Below, piece by piece: positions 10,443 to 19,209 of a DNA stretch of 32,000 nt; the stretch's first letter is position 1; each line of letters begins with the position of its first letter. Under the pieces are notes generated by a model, which was not told the origin of the DNA, searched no databases, and saw only the letters and a program-made list of their open reading frames with translations. A program made the position numbers and the translations under genes. The stretch covers positions 270,001-302,000 of the forward strand of contig NZ_LN831039.1 in the NCBI RefSeq assembly GCF_001457595.1, given 5' to 3'. The stretch is from Mycolicibacterium smegmatis. Lineage in GTDB: Bacteria; Actinomycetota; Actinomycetes; Mycobacteriales; Mycobacteriaceae.

Positions 10443-11730
10443 CGGCTTTCTCCGCTTGTGTCAGTGCCTGGTCGAGATCCCAGATGATGTCCTCGACGTC
10501 CTCGATGCCCACGCTGATGCGGATGAGCTCGGGGCCGACGCCGCCCGCGGTGAGCTGCTCGTCGGTGAGCTGGCGGTGTGTCGTGCTGGCGGGGTGCACC
10601 ACGAGCGTGCGCACGTCGCCGATGTTGGCCAGGTGGCTCGCGAGTTGCACGGAGTTGATGAACTTCTCGCCCGCGGCGCGGCCACCCTTGACGCCGAACG
10701 CGAACACCGCGCCGGGGCCGTCGGGCAGGTAGTGCCTGGCCCGGTCGTGATGCGGATGCGACGGCAGCCCGGCCCAGCGGACGTACGTCACGCGCGGATC
10801 GGCCTCGAGCCACTCGGCGACCGCGCGCGCGTTGGCGATGTGGGCGGCCATGCGCTGCGGTAGCGTCTGCACGCCCTGTAGGAGCTGGAAGGCCGACTGC
10901 GGGGCCAGCGTGGCACCCAGATCACGCAGCTGCTCGCTGCGCAGCTTGGTCAGGAACCCGAACTCGCCGAAGTTGCCCCACCAGCTCAGCCCGCCGTAGG
11001 ACGCGACAGGCTCGGTCATCTGCGGGAATTTTCCTGCGCCCCAGTCGAATCGGCCCGCGTCGACCGCGACGCCGCCGAGCGTGGTGCCGTGCCCGCCGAT
11101 GAACTTGGTGGCCGAGTGCACGACGATGTCCGCGCCGTGCTCGATCGGACGGCACAGGGCAGGCGTGGCGACCGTGCTGTCGACGATCAGCGGAACCCCG
11201 GCGTCCCTGGCGACCTCGGCCAGACCTGCGAGGTCGGCGATCTCACCGGACGGATTGGAGATCACCTCGGCGTAGATCAGCCGGGTGCGGTCGGTGACCG
11301 CTGCGGCGTAGTCGGCCGGGTCGGTGCCGCCCACGAACGTGGTGTCGATGCCGAACCGGCGCAGCGAGACGTCGAGCTGCGTGACGGTGCCGCCGTAGAG
11401 GCTCGCGGCCGACACGATGTGGTCGCCTGCGCCCGCGAGCGCGGCGAACACCGCGAACTGCGCGGACAGACCGCTGGCCGTGGCCACCGCACCCAGCCCG
11501 TTCTCCAGGCTTGCGATGCACTCTTCGAAGGCTGCGACGGTGGGGTTGCCGATCCGGCTGTAGATGTTGCCGTACTTCTGCAGTGCGAACAGGTTGGCCG
11601 CGTCGTCGGTGTCGTTGAAGACGAAGCTGGCGTTGGCGTAGATCGGCGTCACCCGTGCACCGGTGGCAGCATCCGGACGTTGTCCGGCGTGTATGGCGCG
11701 GGTGGCCAGGCCGAAGGTTCGGTCAGTCAC
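10435..11730 (-). CDS. metY: O-acetylhomoserine (thiol)-lyase family PLP enzyme
   Basis: TRAIHAGQRPDAATGARVTPIYANASFVFNDTDDAANLFALQKYGNIYSRIGNPTVAAFEECIASLENGLGAVATASGLSAQ plus HSATKFIGGHGTTLGG. Cys/Met metabolism PLP family; GTG start. Confidence 0.92.
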   Translation of the reverse strand: MTDRTFGLATRAIHAGQRPDAATGARVTPIYANASFVFNDTDDAANLFALQKYGNIYSRIGNPTVAAFEECIASLENGLGAVATASGLSAQFAVFAALAGAGDHIVSAASLYGGTVTQLDVSLRRFGIDTTFVGGTDPADYAAAVTDRTRLIYAEVISNPSGEIADLAGLAEVARDAGVPLIVDSTVATPALCRPIEHGADIVVHSATKFIGGHGTTLGGVAVDAGRFDWGAGKFPQMTEPVASYGGLSWWGNFGEFGFLTKLRSEQLRDLGATLAPQSAFQLLQGVQTLPQRMAAHIANARAVAEWLEADPRVTYVRWAGLPSHPHHDRARHYLPDGPGAVFAFGVKGGRAAGEKFINSVQLASHLANIGDVRTLVVHPASTTHRQLTDEQLTAGGVGPELIRISVGIEDVEDIIWDLDQALTQAEKADD

Positions 11731-11739
11731 GAGTAGCCA

Positions 11740-11768
11740 TCAGTACCCGTGGCGTGGGTGTGAGTCAA
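11740..11768 (-). promoter_or_regulatory. Candidate sigma-A promoter of the metY-like gene
   Basis: On the minus strand, TTGACT (11768-11763), 17-nt spacer, TACTGA (11745-11740), about 10 nt from the GTG at 11730. This implies a very short or absent leader. Confidence 0.45.
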
Positions 11769-11805
11769 GCCATCCGCTCGGCCAGAACCGAATCCGCCTG
11801 CCGGA

Positions 11806-12369
11806 TCACTTGCCGCTGCGCTGCGCGGCGATCTTCGCGAACCGGTCCGACAACCGCTGCATCCGCAGCAGCAGCGACGCACGGGGGCTCACACTGCCCT
11901 CCAGATACGTCGCGAACTCTTCGTTGGACACCCCGACGCGCGAGGCGAATTCCGGCGGCGCGAGCTTCGACCGGCGCAGCATGGCCTGGATCTGCTTGGC
12001 CACCTCGGCGCGTTCAGACGCCTCGAGGTGGTCGCGGGTGCGCACGAGAACTTCCGACAGGGCTTTCGAGACGCCGTAGGGCCGGGCGGTCTCCAGGACC
12101 TCCTCGACCTGACGGGCGGTGCGGCCGTACGGGTCCCGTTTGATCGCAGCGACGATGCGCTGCCACACCGTCAGATCGTCGGTCTCCAGTGCCGCGCGGA
12201 TCGCCGCGGTGGGCCAGTACTCGACCGGGCGGTCGTCGAACTGTCGCTGGGGACCGCGCGCTGCGCCGCGGGCGGGAGCCTGGGGATCCCGCGGGCGCAC
12301 CGCTGCCGGGCGCGGCCCTTGGTTCCGTTGGCCGGGGGATCGGTTCGAGGGCGGTTGTATGGGCGACAT
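11806..12369 (-). CDS. Rv0201c-like protein with Arg/Pro-rich N-terminus and putative HTH-like C-terminal domain
   Basis: MSPIQPPSNRSPGQRNQGPRPAAVRPRDPQAPARG...WPTAAIRAALETDDLTVWQRIVAAIKRDPYGRTARQVEEVLE...APPEFASRVGVSNEEFATYLEGSVSPRASLLLRMQRLSDRF. Located 47 bp downstream of mmpL11 on the same strand. Confidence 0.7.
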   Translation of the reverse strand: MSPIQPPSNRSPGQRNQGPRPAAVRPRDPQAPARGAARGPQRQFDDRPVEYWPTAAIRAALETDDLTVWQRIVAAIKRDPYGRTARQVEEVLETARPYGVSKALSEVLVRTRDHLEASERAEVAKQIQAMLRRSKLAPPEFASRVGVSNEEFATYLEGSVSPRASLLLRMQRLSDRFAKIAAQRSGK

Positions 12370-12416
12370 GTCTTTGCGACGCGCGTCCCGCATGTCCCGA
12401 ACGTCGGGGGCCAACG

Positions 12417-15281
12417 TCACTTCGCCTCCTCCAGCATTGCTACCGCGACCGACAGGCAACGCTGCCTGACCTTTTCCCAATCCTCAGCCGCGTCGGGACC
12501 CGACATTCGGACATCGTGTTCGTCGGACGGCTGCGGGTCGGCCAGCCGGCGCACCAGCTGCGTGGCCACCCACCGGTTGCTTGGGTCTCGCCCACAGTAA
12601 TACCGGTCCATGCTCGCCAGCACCAGAGCTGCCGTATGAGAATCCATCAAATCCACCAGACGTGCGAAATCCTCGAAGTCCTTGGTGGTGTTGCGGCACA
12701 TGATCAGATAACCCGCCAGCCGCAGGGTCTCGGCGCCCGTGGGGATCTGCAGCCGATCGCCCGTGGGCAACTGGACGTTGGTGGTCTCGACCGGCCCGCG
12801 CCGTTCCACCGGGGCCTGTTCGGTGTCGGCCTCGGTCTGCAGGGCGTCGACGGCCACCGACAACCTGCCGCGCCACATCGTCACGGGGTGCAGCCCCGGG
12901 GTGTGGGCCTTGGGCCTGCCCGCCCGCTGCGTCGACAGGCGGGTGGTGGGCCGGGTGCAGCCGCTGAAGGCCAGCGGGTCGGCGACACTGATCGTCTGTG
13001 GGGCAAGGGTTTTCATGCGTGCCGCGGTGCGCACCATGGTGCGCAGGTCGCTGCCGCTCGGTCCGAGCGCGGCGATGTTGTCGGGGATGATGACCAGGTC
13101 GGTCACCTCGATCTTGGGCAGCGGCTTCTCGAAATCCACCTCGGGCAGGATCTTGTCGAGCCAGCGCGGCAGCCACCAGTTCCACTGGTCGAACATCGCC
13201 ATGAGCGCCGGCACCAGCACGAGCCGCACCACCGTCGCGTCGACCGCGATCGCCACCGCGCACGCGACGCCGAGCTGGGCCACCAGGGGCATGCCGGCGA
13301 ACGCGAAGCCGATGAACACCGCGATCATGATCAGTGCCGCGCTGGTGATGGTGCGGGCGCTGGTGCTCACGCCGTACGCGACGGCGTCACGCGTGCTGTT
13401 GGTCTGCAGGAACCGTTCCCGGATCCGGGTGAGCAGAAAGATCTCGTAGTCCATCGACAGACCGAAGGTCATGGCGAGGACCAGCGGCGGGATCGTGCTG
13501 TCCAGGGAGCTGATCCTGGGAAAGCCCAGCTGTTCGAGCCAGCCCCACTGGAAGACCACGACCAGGCTGCCGTACGCCGCGGCCACCGACAGCACGGTCA
13601 TCAGCACGCCCTTGAAGGCCAGCACCACCGAGCGGATCGACACCAGCAGCATGACGAACGCGATCAGCGCGACGAACACGAACACCAGCGGCTGGGTGGC
13701 CGACACCCGGTCGTCGAAGTCCTTGATCAGGGCCGTGGGGCCGCCCACGTCGATCGTGGCGTTCTGGCCTGCCACGCCGGGCAGTTTGGCGCGCATCCAG
13801 TCGATGGCCTCGCGCGCGGCCATGTCCTCGGGATCCACCGACAGCACCGCCGAGAGCAGGGCGCTGTCGTTGTCGTCGGACACCACCGGCGGCTGCACCG
13901 AGACGACGCTGGGCGCCTTGGTCATCTGCTGGCGCACGGCCTCGATGGTGGTGGTCGCCGCTTGACTTGACGCGTCGCCCTCGCCCGGGAACGTCACCAG
14001 CACGCGGATGGGGCCGAGCGCGCCCGGACCGAGCGCGTCCGCGGCCGCGTTGACGCCGCCGCGGATCTCGTGGGTGGGATCGAACTGGCGCTGCATGCTG
14101 TTGCCCAGCACCATGTTGAACGCGGGTGCGGCCAGCACCAACAGCAGGATGGCCGCCGCGATCGCCGACGCCCACGGCCTGCGCATCACCGCGCCGGTCC
14201 AGCGCGTCCAGAACCGCGACTGCGTCGCCTCGGCCCGCCGCGACCAGTGCAGGTAGGACGACCGTTTGGCCGCGGCCTTGCCGAACGTCGCCAGCACGGC
14301 GGGCGTGAGCGTCGTCGAGGTCAGCACCGCGACCGCGACCGCGAGGATCGCGCCGGTGGCCATCGACACCAGCACCGGGGTGTTGATGAGGTAGATGCCG
14401 GTGACCGAGGCGATCACGGTCAAACCCGACAGCGCCACGGCGAGCCCCGACGTGGCCATCGCGGCGTCGATCGCATCCTGCTGATCGCGGCCCGCGCGCA
14501 GTTCCTCGCGGAACCGCATCAGGATGAACAGTGAGTAGTCGATCGCCACCGCGATGCCGAACATCGACACCGTCGACGTCACGAACACGCTCATCGTCGT
14601 GAACATCGACAGCAGATAGACCAGGCCCATGGTCACCACGACCGTGCACACACCCAGCACGAGCGGCAGGGCCGCGGCGGCCAGTGACCCGAACACCGCG
14701 AGCAGCACGATCAGGACGATCGGCATGTTCCACTTCTCGGCCGCGGCGATATCGTGCTTGGTGGCCTGCGTCGCCGCGGCGCCCAGCGCGCCCTGACCGA
14801 TGACGTAGAACTTGACCTTGCCGTTCTGGCTCTCGCCGGGTTCCTCGCCCTGGATGCCGACCTTCTGGCGCAGTTGTTTGGCGACGTCGACCGCGCCGGT
14901 GTTGTTGAAGTCGAGTTGCAGCGTGATCACATACGGCCGGTCGGGCTGCGGCGCCGGTTGCTGCGGATTGGGGACGATCTTGACGCTGGGCACCTCGGCC
15001 GCGAGCTTCTCGAGATGGACGACGGCGGCGTTCATGTCCTCGTACGACGCGTCGGCCCGCGGTGCGGCCACCAGCGCAAGCGGTGATGCGCCCTGGTCGG
15101 GGAAGTGCTCCTCGAGCTGTCGCTGCACGTGCAGCGACTGGGAACCCTCGACCTCGAACCCGCCGCCGGTGAGGTTCGACGACTGGTTGAGAGCGAGGTA
15201 GATCGACGGCACCAGGAGCAGCAACCACGTCGCGAACACCGCCCAGCGGAACCTGCGCAAAGTGCTGCTCAAGCGCATCAT
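12417..15281 (-). CDS. mmpL11: RND/MMPL-family lipid transporter MmpL11
   Basis: About 954 aa after trimming the over-extended track ORF. Start MMRLSSTLRRFRWAVFATWLLLLVPSIYLALNQSSNLTGGGFEVEGSQS; MMPL motifs GIAVAIDYSLFILMRFREEL and FGLSMDYEIFLLTRIRERF. Adjacent to hemophore genes as in Rv0202c/Rv0203. Confidence 0.95.
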   Translation of the reverse strand: MMRLSSTLRRFRWAVFATWLLLLVPSIYLALNQSSNLTGGGFEVEGSQSLHVQRQLEEHFPDQGASPLALVAAPRADASYEDMNAAVVHLEKLAAEVPSVKIVPNPQQPAPQPDRPYVITLQLDFNNTGAVDVAKQLRQKVGIQGEEPGESQNGKVKFYVIGQGALGAAATQATKHDIAAAEKWNMPIVLIVLLAVFGSLAAAALPLVLGVCTVVVTMGLVYLLSMFTTMSVFVTSTVSMFGIAVAIDYSLFILMRFREELRAGRDQQDAIDAAMATSGLAVALSGLTVIASVTGIYLINTPVLVSMATGAILAVAVAVLTSTTLTPAVLATFGKAAAKRSSYLHWSRRAEATQSRFWTRWTGAVMRRPWASAIAAAILLLVLAAPAFNMVLGNSMQRQFDPTHEIRGGVNAAADALGPGALGPIRVLVTFPGEGDASSQAATTTIEAVRQQMTKAPSVVSVQPPVVSDDNDSALLSAVLSVDPEDMAAREAIDWMRAKLPGVAGQNATIDVGGPTALIKDFDDRVSATQPLVFVFVALIAFVMLLVSIRSVVLAFKGVLMTVLSVAAAYGSLVVVFQWGWLEQLGFPRISSLDSTIPPLVLAMTFGLSMDYEIFLLTRIRERFLQTNSTRDAVAYGVSTSARTITSAALIMIAVFIGFAFAGMPLVAQLGVACAVAIAVDATVVRLVLVPALMAMFDQWNWWLPRWLDKILPEVDFEKPLPKIEVTDLVIIPDNIAALGPSGSDLRTMVRTAARMKTLAPQTISVADPLAFSGCTRPTTRLSTQRAGRPKAHTPGLHPVTMWRGRLSVAVDALQTEADTEQAPVERRGPVETTNVQLPTGDRLQIPTGAETLRLAGYLIMCRNTTKDFEDFARLVDLMDSHTAALVLASMDRYYCGRDPSNRWVATQLVRRLADPQPSDEHDVRMSGPDAAEDWEKVRQRCLSVAVAMLEEAK

Positions 15282-15556
15282 GAACTGCTGGATGCGAAGT
15301 CCCCGCTTTCTCTCCGGCAGGCTCGGTGTCCTGATATCCCTGGCGTGTCTGAGCGTGAGCGTACCTGCACACGGGTACCGTGGCGGGCCACTCATTCGTT
15401 CTGTTATCGACCACACCCGTCCTGGCCGTTACCGGCCGCGGTTAACGAATCCGGCGGCCCTGGCGACATAGATGGCAGGATTTCCCCGGCGGCGATGTAC
15501 GCATCGGATCCGCCGGGGGTCGGACAGGTCACCGATCGCAACGTTTTGTTCGTTCA

Positions 15557-15591
15557 CTTCGTTTGCGAGGGGTAGACGATCGCGAACGAAG
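15557..15591 (+). promoter_or_regulatory. Inverted repeat overlapping the Shine-Dalgarno of the first hemophore-like gene
   Basis: CTTCGTTTGCGA (15557-15568), 11-nt loop, TCGCGAACGAAG (15580-15591): 12-bp arms with a single T.G wobble. SD GAAGGAG at 15588-15594, ATG at 15603. Confidence 0.5.
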
Positions 15592-15602
15592 GAGCTCGTT
15601 GC

Positions 15603-16184
15603 ATGAAGGCCGCCATCACCGGGGCAATCTTTGGGGCCAAGCACGATCTGCGGCGCACGCTGGGAACGGTGTTCGTGGCGACCGCCGTGGGCGGCGCGGC
15701 GACCGCCGCGCTGCTCGGCCCGTCGGCCACGGCCGCGACCGACCCCTGCGCGGCCAGTGAGGTCGCACGCACGGTCGGCAAGGTGGCCACCGACACCGGC
15801 GACTATCTCGACGAGAACCCGCAGACCAACCAGGCTCTGACCACCATCAGCAAGCAGCAGGCCGGGCCCGCGACCCTCGCGTCGATCAAGACCTATCTGG
15901 ACGCCAACCCACAGGTCGCCAAGGACCTGCAGCGGTTGCAGCAGCCGCTGACCGCCCTGGGCACCAAGTGCCAGTTGCCTGTGACGCTGCCCCAGCTCCT
16001 CGGTCTCGTGCAGGCCGCGCAGCAGCAGGGTACGGCAGCCGCCGGAAGTTTGCCAGGAGGCCTGACGTCGCCTCAGATCGCGGGGGTGCCAGGTGTGGTC
16101 GGACCCGCACAGCGGACGCCCATCTCGCCGGTCTCACAGGGCTCCGGGCCACTTCCCGGCCCTGCTGTCACGTCCACACGCTGA
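15603..16184 (+). CDS. Secreted hemophore-related (mycobacterial heme-binding family) protein with Pro/Gly/Ser-rich tail
   Basis: Signal peptide-like N-terminus; TDPCAASEVARTVGKVATDTGDYLDENPQTNQALTTI...IKTYLDANPQVAKDLQRLQQPLTALGTKC; located between mmpL11 and a second paralog. Confidence 0.85.
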   Translation: MKAAITGAIFGAKHDLRRTLGTVFVATAVGGAATAALLGPSATAATDPCAASEVARTVGKVATDTGDYLDENPQTNQALTTISKQQAGPATLASIKTYLDANPQVAKDLQRLQQPLTALGTKCQLPVTLPQLLGLVQAAQQQGTAAAGSLPGGLTSPQIAGVPGVVGPAQRTPISPVSQGSGPLPGPAVTSTR

Positions 16185-16353
16185 CCGCCGACGCTCCGCG
16201 TCGCCTACCTGAGGCGCGCTGAGCTGCAATTTCGATGCATTGCGACACTGGTTTGAGTGCAAGGCAAGAAACTGGACACAGATTCTGCTTAGCTTTTTAC
16301 GCCGATAACCGTTTGGCGTTACGGCCTTCCACTTCCGATGAAGGAGCTTGACC

Positions 16354-16734
16354 ATGTTGCTCTCGGCCCAGAATGCGCGGCGAGTGGTTGCTGGCGCGGC
16401 CGGCGCCGGCGCTGTAGCCGGTGCGATGCTGTTCGGTGCTATCCCCTCGGCGCTGGCTGATCCGGCCCCGAACCCGCCCAACTGCACGGCCGCAGACCTG
16501 GCCGGCGTTGCGTCCGGTGTCTCGGCCGGCACCTCGGCCTACCTGTTCACCCACCCACAGGTGAACGACTTCTTCACCAGCCTCGAAGGGTTGCCCCGGG
16601 AAGAGGTGAAGCCCAAGGTTGCCGACTACCTCGCAGCCAACCCGCAGGTGAAGGACGAACTGACCGCGGTGCGCCAGCCCCTTGTCGACCTCAAGAATCG
16701 TTGCGGGACCGCGCCGGCACCTGAATTGCCGTAG
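16354..16734 (+). CDS. Secreted hemophore-like heme-binding protein (Rv0203-like)
   Basis: [123 protein letters not shown] at 16341-16346 fits the ATG at 16354 better than the TTG at 16348. Confidence 0.88.
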   Translation: MLLSAQNARRVVAGAAGAGAVAGAMLFGAIPSALADPAPNPPNCTAADLAGVASGVSAGTSAYLFTHPQVNDFFTSLEGLPREEVKPKVADYLAANPQVKDELTAVRQPLVDLKNRCGTAPAPELP

Positions 16735-16739
16735 TCCGC

Positions 16740-17480
16740 GTGCGGGTGGACATGACCCCCGCCAGCGGTGAGGGATCGCGGGCGCCCGAGGGCGTCAATC
16801 GCACGGTCCTCATGGTCGACGACGACCCGGATGTCCGAACCTCGGTGGCGCGCGGCCTGCGCCACTCGGGGTTCGACGTCCGGGTCGCGGCGTCCGGCAA
16901 GGAAGCGCTGCGGCTGCTGTCGACGGAGTCGCACGATGCCCTCGTACTGGACGTGCAGATGCCGGAGCTCGACGGCGTCGCCGTGGTCACCGCGTTGCGG
17001 GCGCTGGGCAACGACATCCCCATCTGTGTGCTGTCGGCACGCGACACCGTCAACGACCGGATCGCCGGTTTGGAGGCAGGTGCCGATGACTACCTGACCA
17101 AACCGTTCGACCTCGGTGAACTGGTGGCCCGGCTGCATGCGCTGCTGCGGCGCGCGAGCCACACCGAGCAGCCGTCCGACACCATGACAGTCGGACCGGT
17201 CACCATCGACACCGCGCGCAGGCTGGTGTTCGTCAGCGGTGAACGCGTCGACCTGACCAAGCGCGAGTTCGACCTGCTGGCGGTGCTCGCCGAGAACGCG
17301 GGCGTGGTGCTGTCCCGGCAGCGGTTGCTGGAGCTGGTGTGGGGCTACGACTTCGACGTCGACACCAACGTGGCCGACGTCTTCATCTCCTATCTGCGGC
17401 GCAAACTCGAACGCGACGGCGTGCCGCGTGTGATCCACACCGTGCGCGGCATCGGGTACGTGCTGCGGGAAGAGCCGTGA
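16740..17480 (+). CDS. OmpR/PhoB-family response regulator (PrrA-like)
   Basis: Receiver domain [28 protein letters not shown]...[12 protein letters not shown]...[44 protein letters not shown] and winged helix [34 protein letters not shown]. Exact start uncertain (16740 or 16752). Confidence 0.94.
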   Translation: MRVDMTPASGEGSRAPEGVNRTVLMVDDDPDVRTSVARGLRHSGFDVRVAASGKEALRLLSTESHDALVLDVQMPELDGVAVVTALRALGNDIPICVLSARDTVNDRIAGLEAGADDYLTKPFDLGELVARLHALLRRASHTEQPSDTMTVGPVTIDTARRLVFVSGERVDLTKREFDLLAVLAENAGVVLSRQRLLELVWGYDFDVDTNVADVFISYLRRKLERDGVPRVIHTVRGIGYVLREEP

Positions 17481-17500
17481 GCGCCGAGGTCGGGAGCTGA

Positions 17501-18853
17501 GTGCGGCGCCTGCGTCTTCCCGCGTTCATCCGGTCGGCATCGCTGCGTACCAGGGTGGCGGTCGCGGCCGCCGCGGCAGCCTCGGCCGTCGTCGCGGCGT
17601 TCACGATCCTGACGTCGGTGGTGCTCGCGAGCAACGATGCGGCACAGCTCGATCGGCGTCTCGACGCGATCGTCGACGCCAGCATCAACCCGGAACACCT
17701 GCAGGATCCGCAGCGCGGCGTGCTCACCACCGGACGCACCCGCACGGGCGGTCAGGTGGTGTTCCAGCGCGGTTTCCAACTTCCCGCGCTGCCGCCGGGC
17801 ACCGCCACCGTCGAGGTGAACGGTGTGGACTACCGGGTCCGCACCGTCTCGGTCGACCAGCAGGGCGGCATCATGATGTCGATCGGTATCCGCGCCGACT
17901 CCATCTTGTTGAGCGCCAACCGGATTCCGCTGTACGCCGCGGTCGGGGTGGTGACGGTCCTGGTGGCCGCCGGTCTGGGCTGGTTGCTCGCGGGCCCGGC
18001 GATCCGGCCGCTGCGCAAGCTCACCGAGCACACCTCCAAGCTGGGCAGCGGCGGCCCCGACACCCTGCCCGAGGTGCGCGGCGTCCGTGAGGCCGAGGAC
18101 CTCTCGGAGGCCATGTCGGGCATGCTGACCCGGCTCGCGGCCGCGCAGCGCGCGACGACGAATTCGCTTCAGGCGGCACAGGATTTCGCGGCCAACGCCG
18201 CGCACGAACTGCGGACGCCGTTGACCGCGATGCGCGCGGATCTCGACACGCTGCGCATCCACGACCTGCCCGAGGACGAGCGCGACGAGGTGGTGGCCGA
18301 CCTGTCCCGCGCACAACGGCGCGTCGAGGCCATCATCACCGCACTGGGACAACTCGCGTCGGGCCAGCTGGCGCAGGCCGAGGATCGCGAACTCATCGAC
18401 ATCACCGACATGCTCGACCGGGTGGCGCGCGAGAACACCAGGGCCGACACCGATGTGCGCATCGAGGTGCACGCCGACGACGACGTGGGCCTGGTGCTCG
18501 GCTGGCCGGGCGGGCTGCGCATCGCCGTGGACAACCTGGTGCGCAACGCGATCACGCACGGCGAGGCCGGCCGGGTCGTGGTGTCGGCGCACCGCACCGG
18601 TCAGATGCTGACCATCGTCGTCGACGACAACGGCCGCGGGCTGCCCGTCGAGGAACACGAGACCGTGCTGGGCCGGTTCCGCCGCGGCAGCACCGCGGTG
18701 GCCGGTGGGTCGGGTCTGGGGCTTGCGCTGGTGGCGCAGCAGGCCGAGTTGCACGGCGGGCAGATCAAGCTGTCCGACGGTCCACTGGGCGGCCTGCGCG
18801 CGACCCTGACGGTGTCGATCGCACCGACCGGTCCGACGGATCAGTTGGCCTGA
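17501..18853 (+). CDS. Sensor histidine kinase (HAMP, HisKA, HATPase)
   Basis: GTG start; two TM segments; H-box DFAANAAHELRTPLTAMRADLD; N-box DNLVRNAITHG; G-boxes VDDNGRGLP and GSGLGLALV. Confidence 0.95.
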   Translation: MRRLRLPAFIRSASLRTRVAVAAAAAASAVVAAFTILTSVVLASNDAAQLDRRLDAIVDASINPEHLQDPQRGVLTTGRTRTGGQVVFQRGFQLPALPPGTATVEVNGVDYRVRTVSVDQQGGIMMSIGIRADSILLSANRIPLYAAVGVVTVLVAAGLGWLLAGPAIRPLRKLTEHTSKLGSGGPDTLPEVRGVREAEDLSEAMSGMLTRLAAAQRATTNSLQAAQDFAANAAHELRTPLTAMRADLDTLRIHDLPEDERDEVVADLSRAQRRVEAIITALGQLASGQLAQAEDRELIDITDMLDRVARENTRADTDVRIEVHADDDVGLVLGWPGGLRIAVDNLVRNAITHGEAGRVVVSAHRTGQMLTIVVDDNGRGLPVEEHETVLGRFRRGSTAVAGGSGLGLALVAQQAELHGGQIKLSDGPLGGLRATLTVSIAPTGPTDQLA

Positions 18854-19209
18854 GCCTTGCGTCGCGCGGCGGCCAGCACGCCGCGCCAGCCGAGCAGAAG
18901 TGCCGCGGTGACCAGCGAGGCCACCACGATGAAGCTGACGGCGGTGCCGGCCGAGGTGAGCTTGCGCAGCAGCATGCCGACGACGATGGTGCACAACCAC
19001 ACCGCGATGCCGGTGGGCGCCAACGATGTCGGGCGCTGCCAGCCGCGCGAGACCACCCAGCCGACGAGCGTGCCGACCAGAAACGGCCAGGCCGTCTCGG
19101 CGACGCCGGCCACGGTGATCCCCTCGGCGTGGCTGCGCCTGCCGATCGTGCAGAACACCACCACACAGACCAGATCGGCCAGCAGGGCGCGGGCGCTAGT
19201 CGCTCGCAT
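18841..19209 (-). CDS. DUF3054 membrane protein
   Basis: MRATSARALLADLVCVVVFCTIGRRSHAEGITVAGVAETAWPFLVGTLVGWVVSRGW: typical DUF3054 with 4 TM segments. Overlaps the convergent histidine kinase 3' end by 13 bp. Confidence 0.88.
   Translation of the reverse strand: MRATSARALLADLVCVVVFCTIGRRSHAEGITVAGVAETAWPFLVGTLVGWVVSRGWQRPTSLAPTGIAVWLCTIVVGMLLRKLTSAGTAVSFIVVASLVTAALLLGWRGVLAAARRKAQAN

Noticed and set aside
12484-15414. Long antisense and alternate-frame ORFs over mmpL11 (12189-13970 +, 13387-15414 -)
   Set aside because: Shadow frames of mmpL11 with low-complexity Arg-rich translations and no domains.
15400-15602. IdeR/iron box in the mmpL11-hemophore divergent region
   Set aside because: No sequence resembling TTAGGTTAGGCTAACCTAA was found in this interval.
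16295-16325. Imperfect palindrome CCGATAACCGTTTGGCGTTACGG between the hemophore genes
   Set aside because: Arms do not match well enough to be called an operator or terminator without comparative data.
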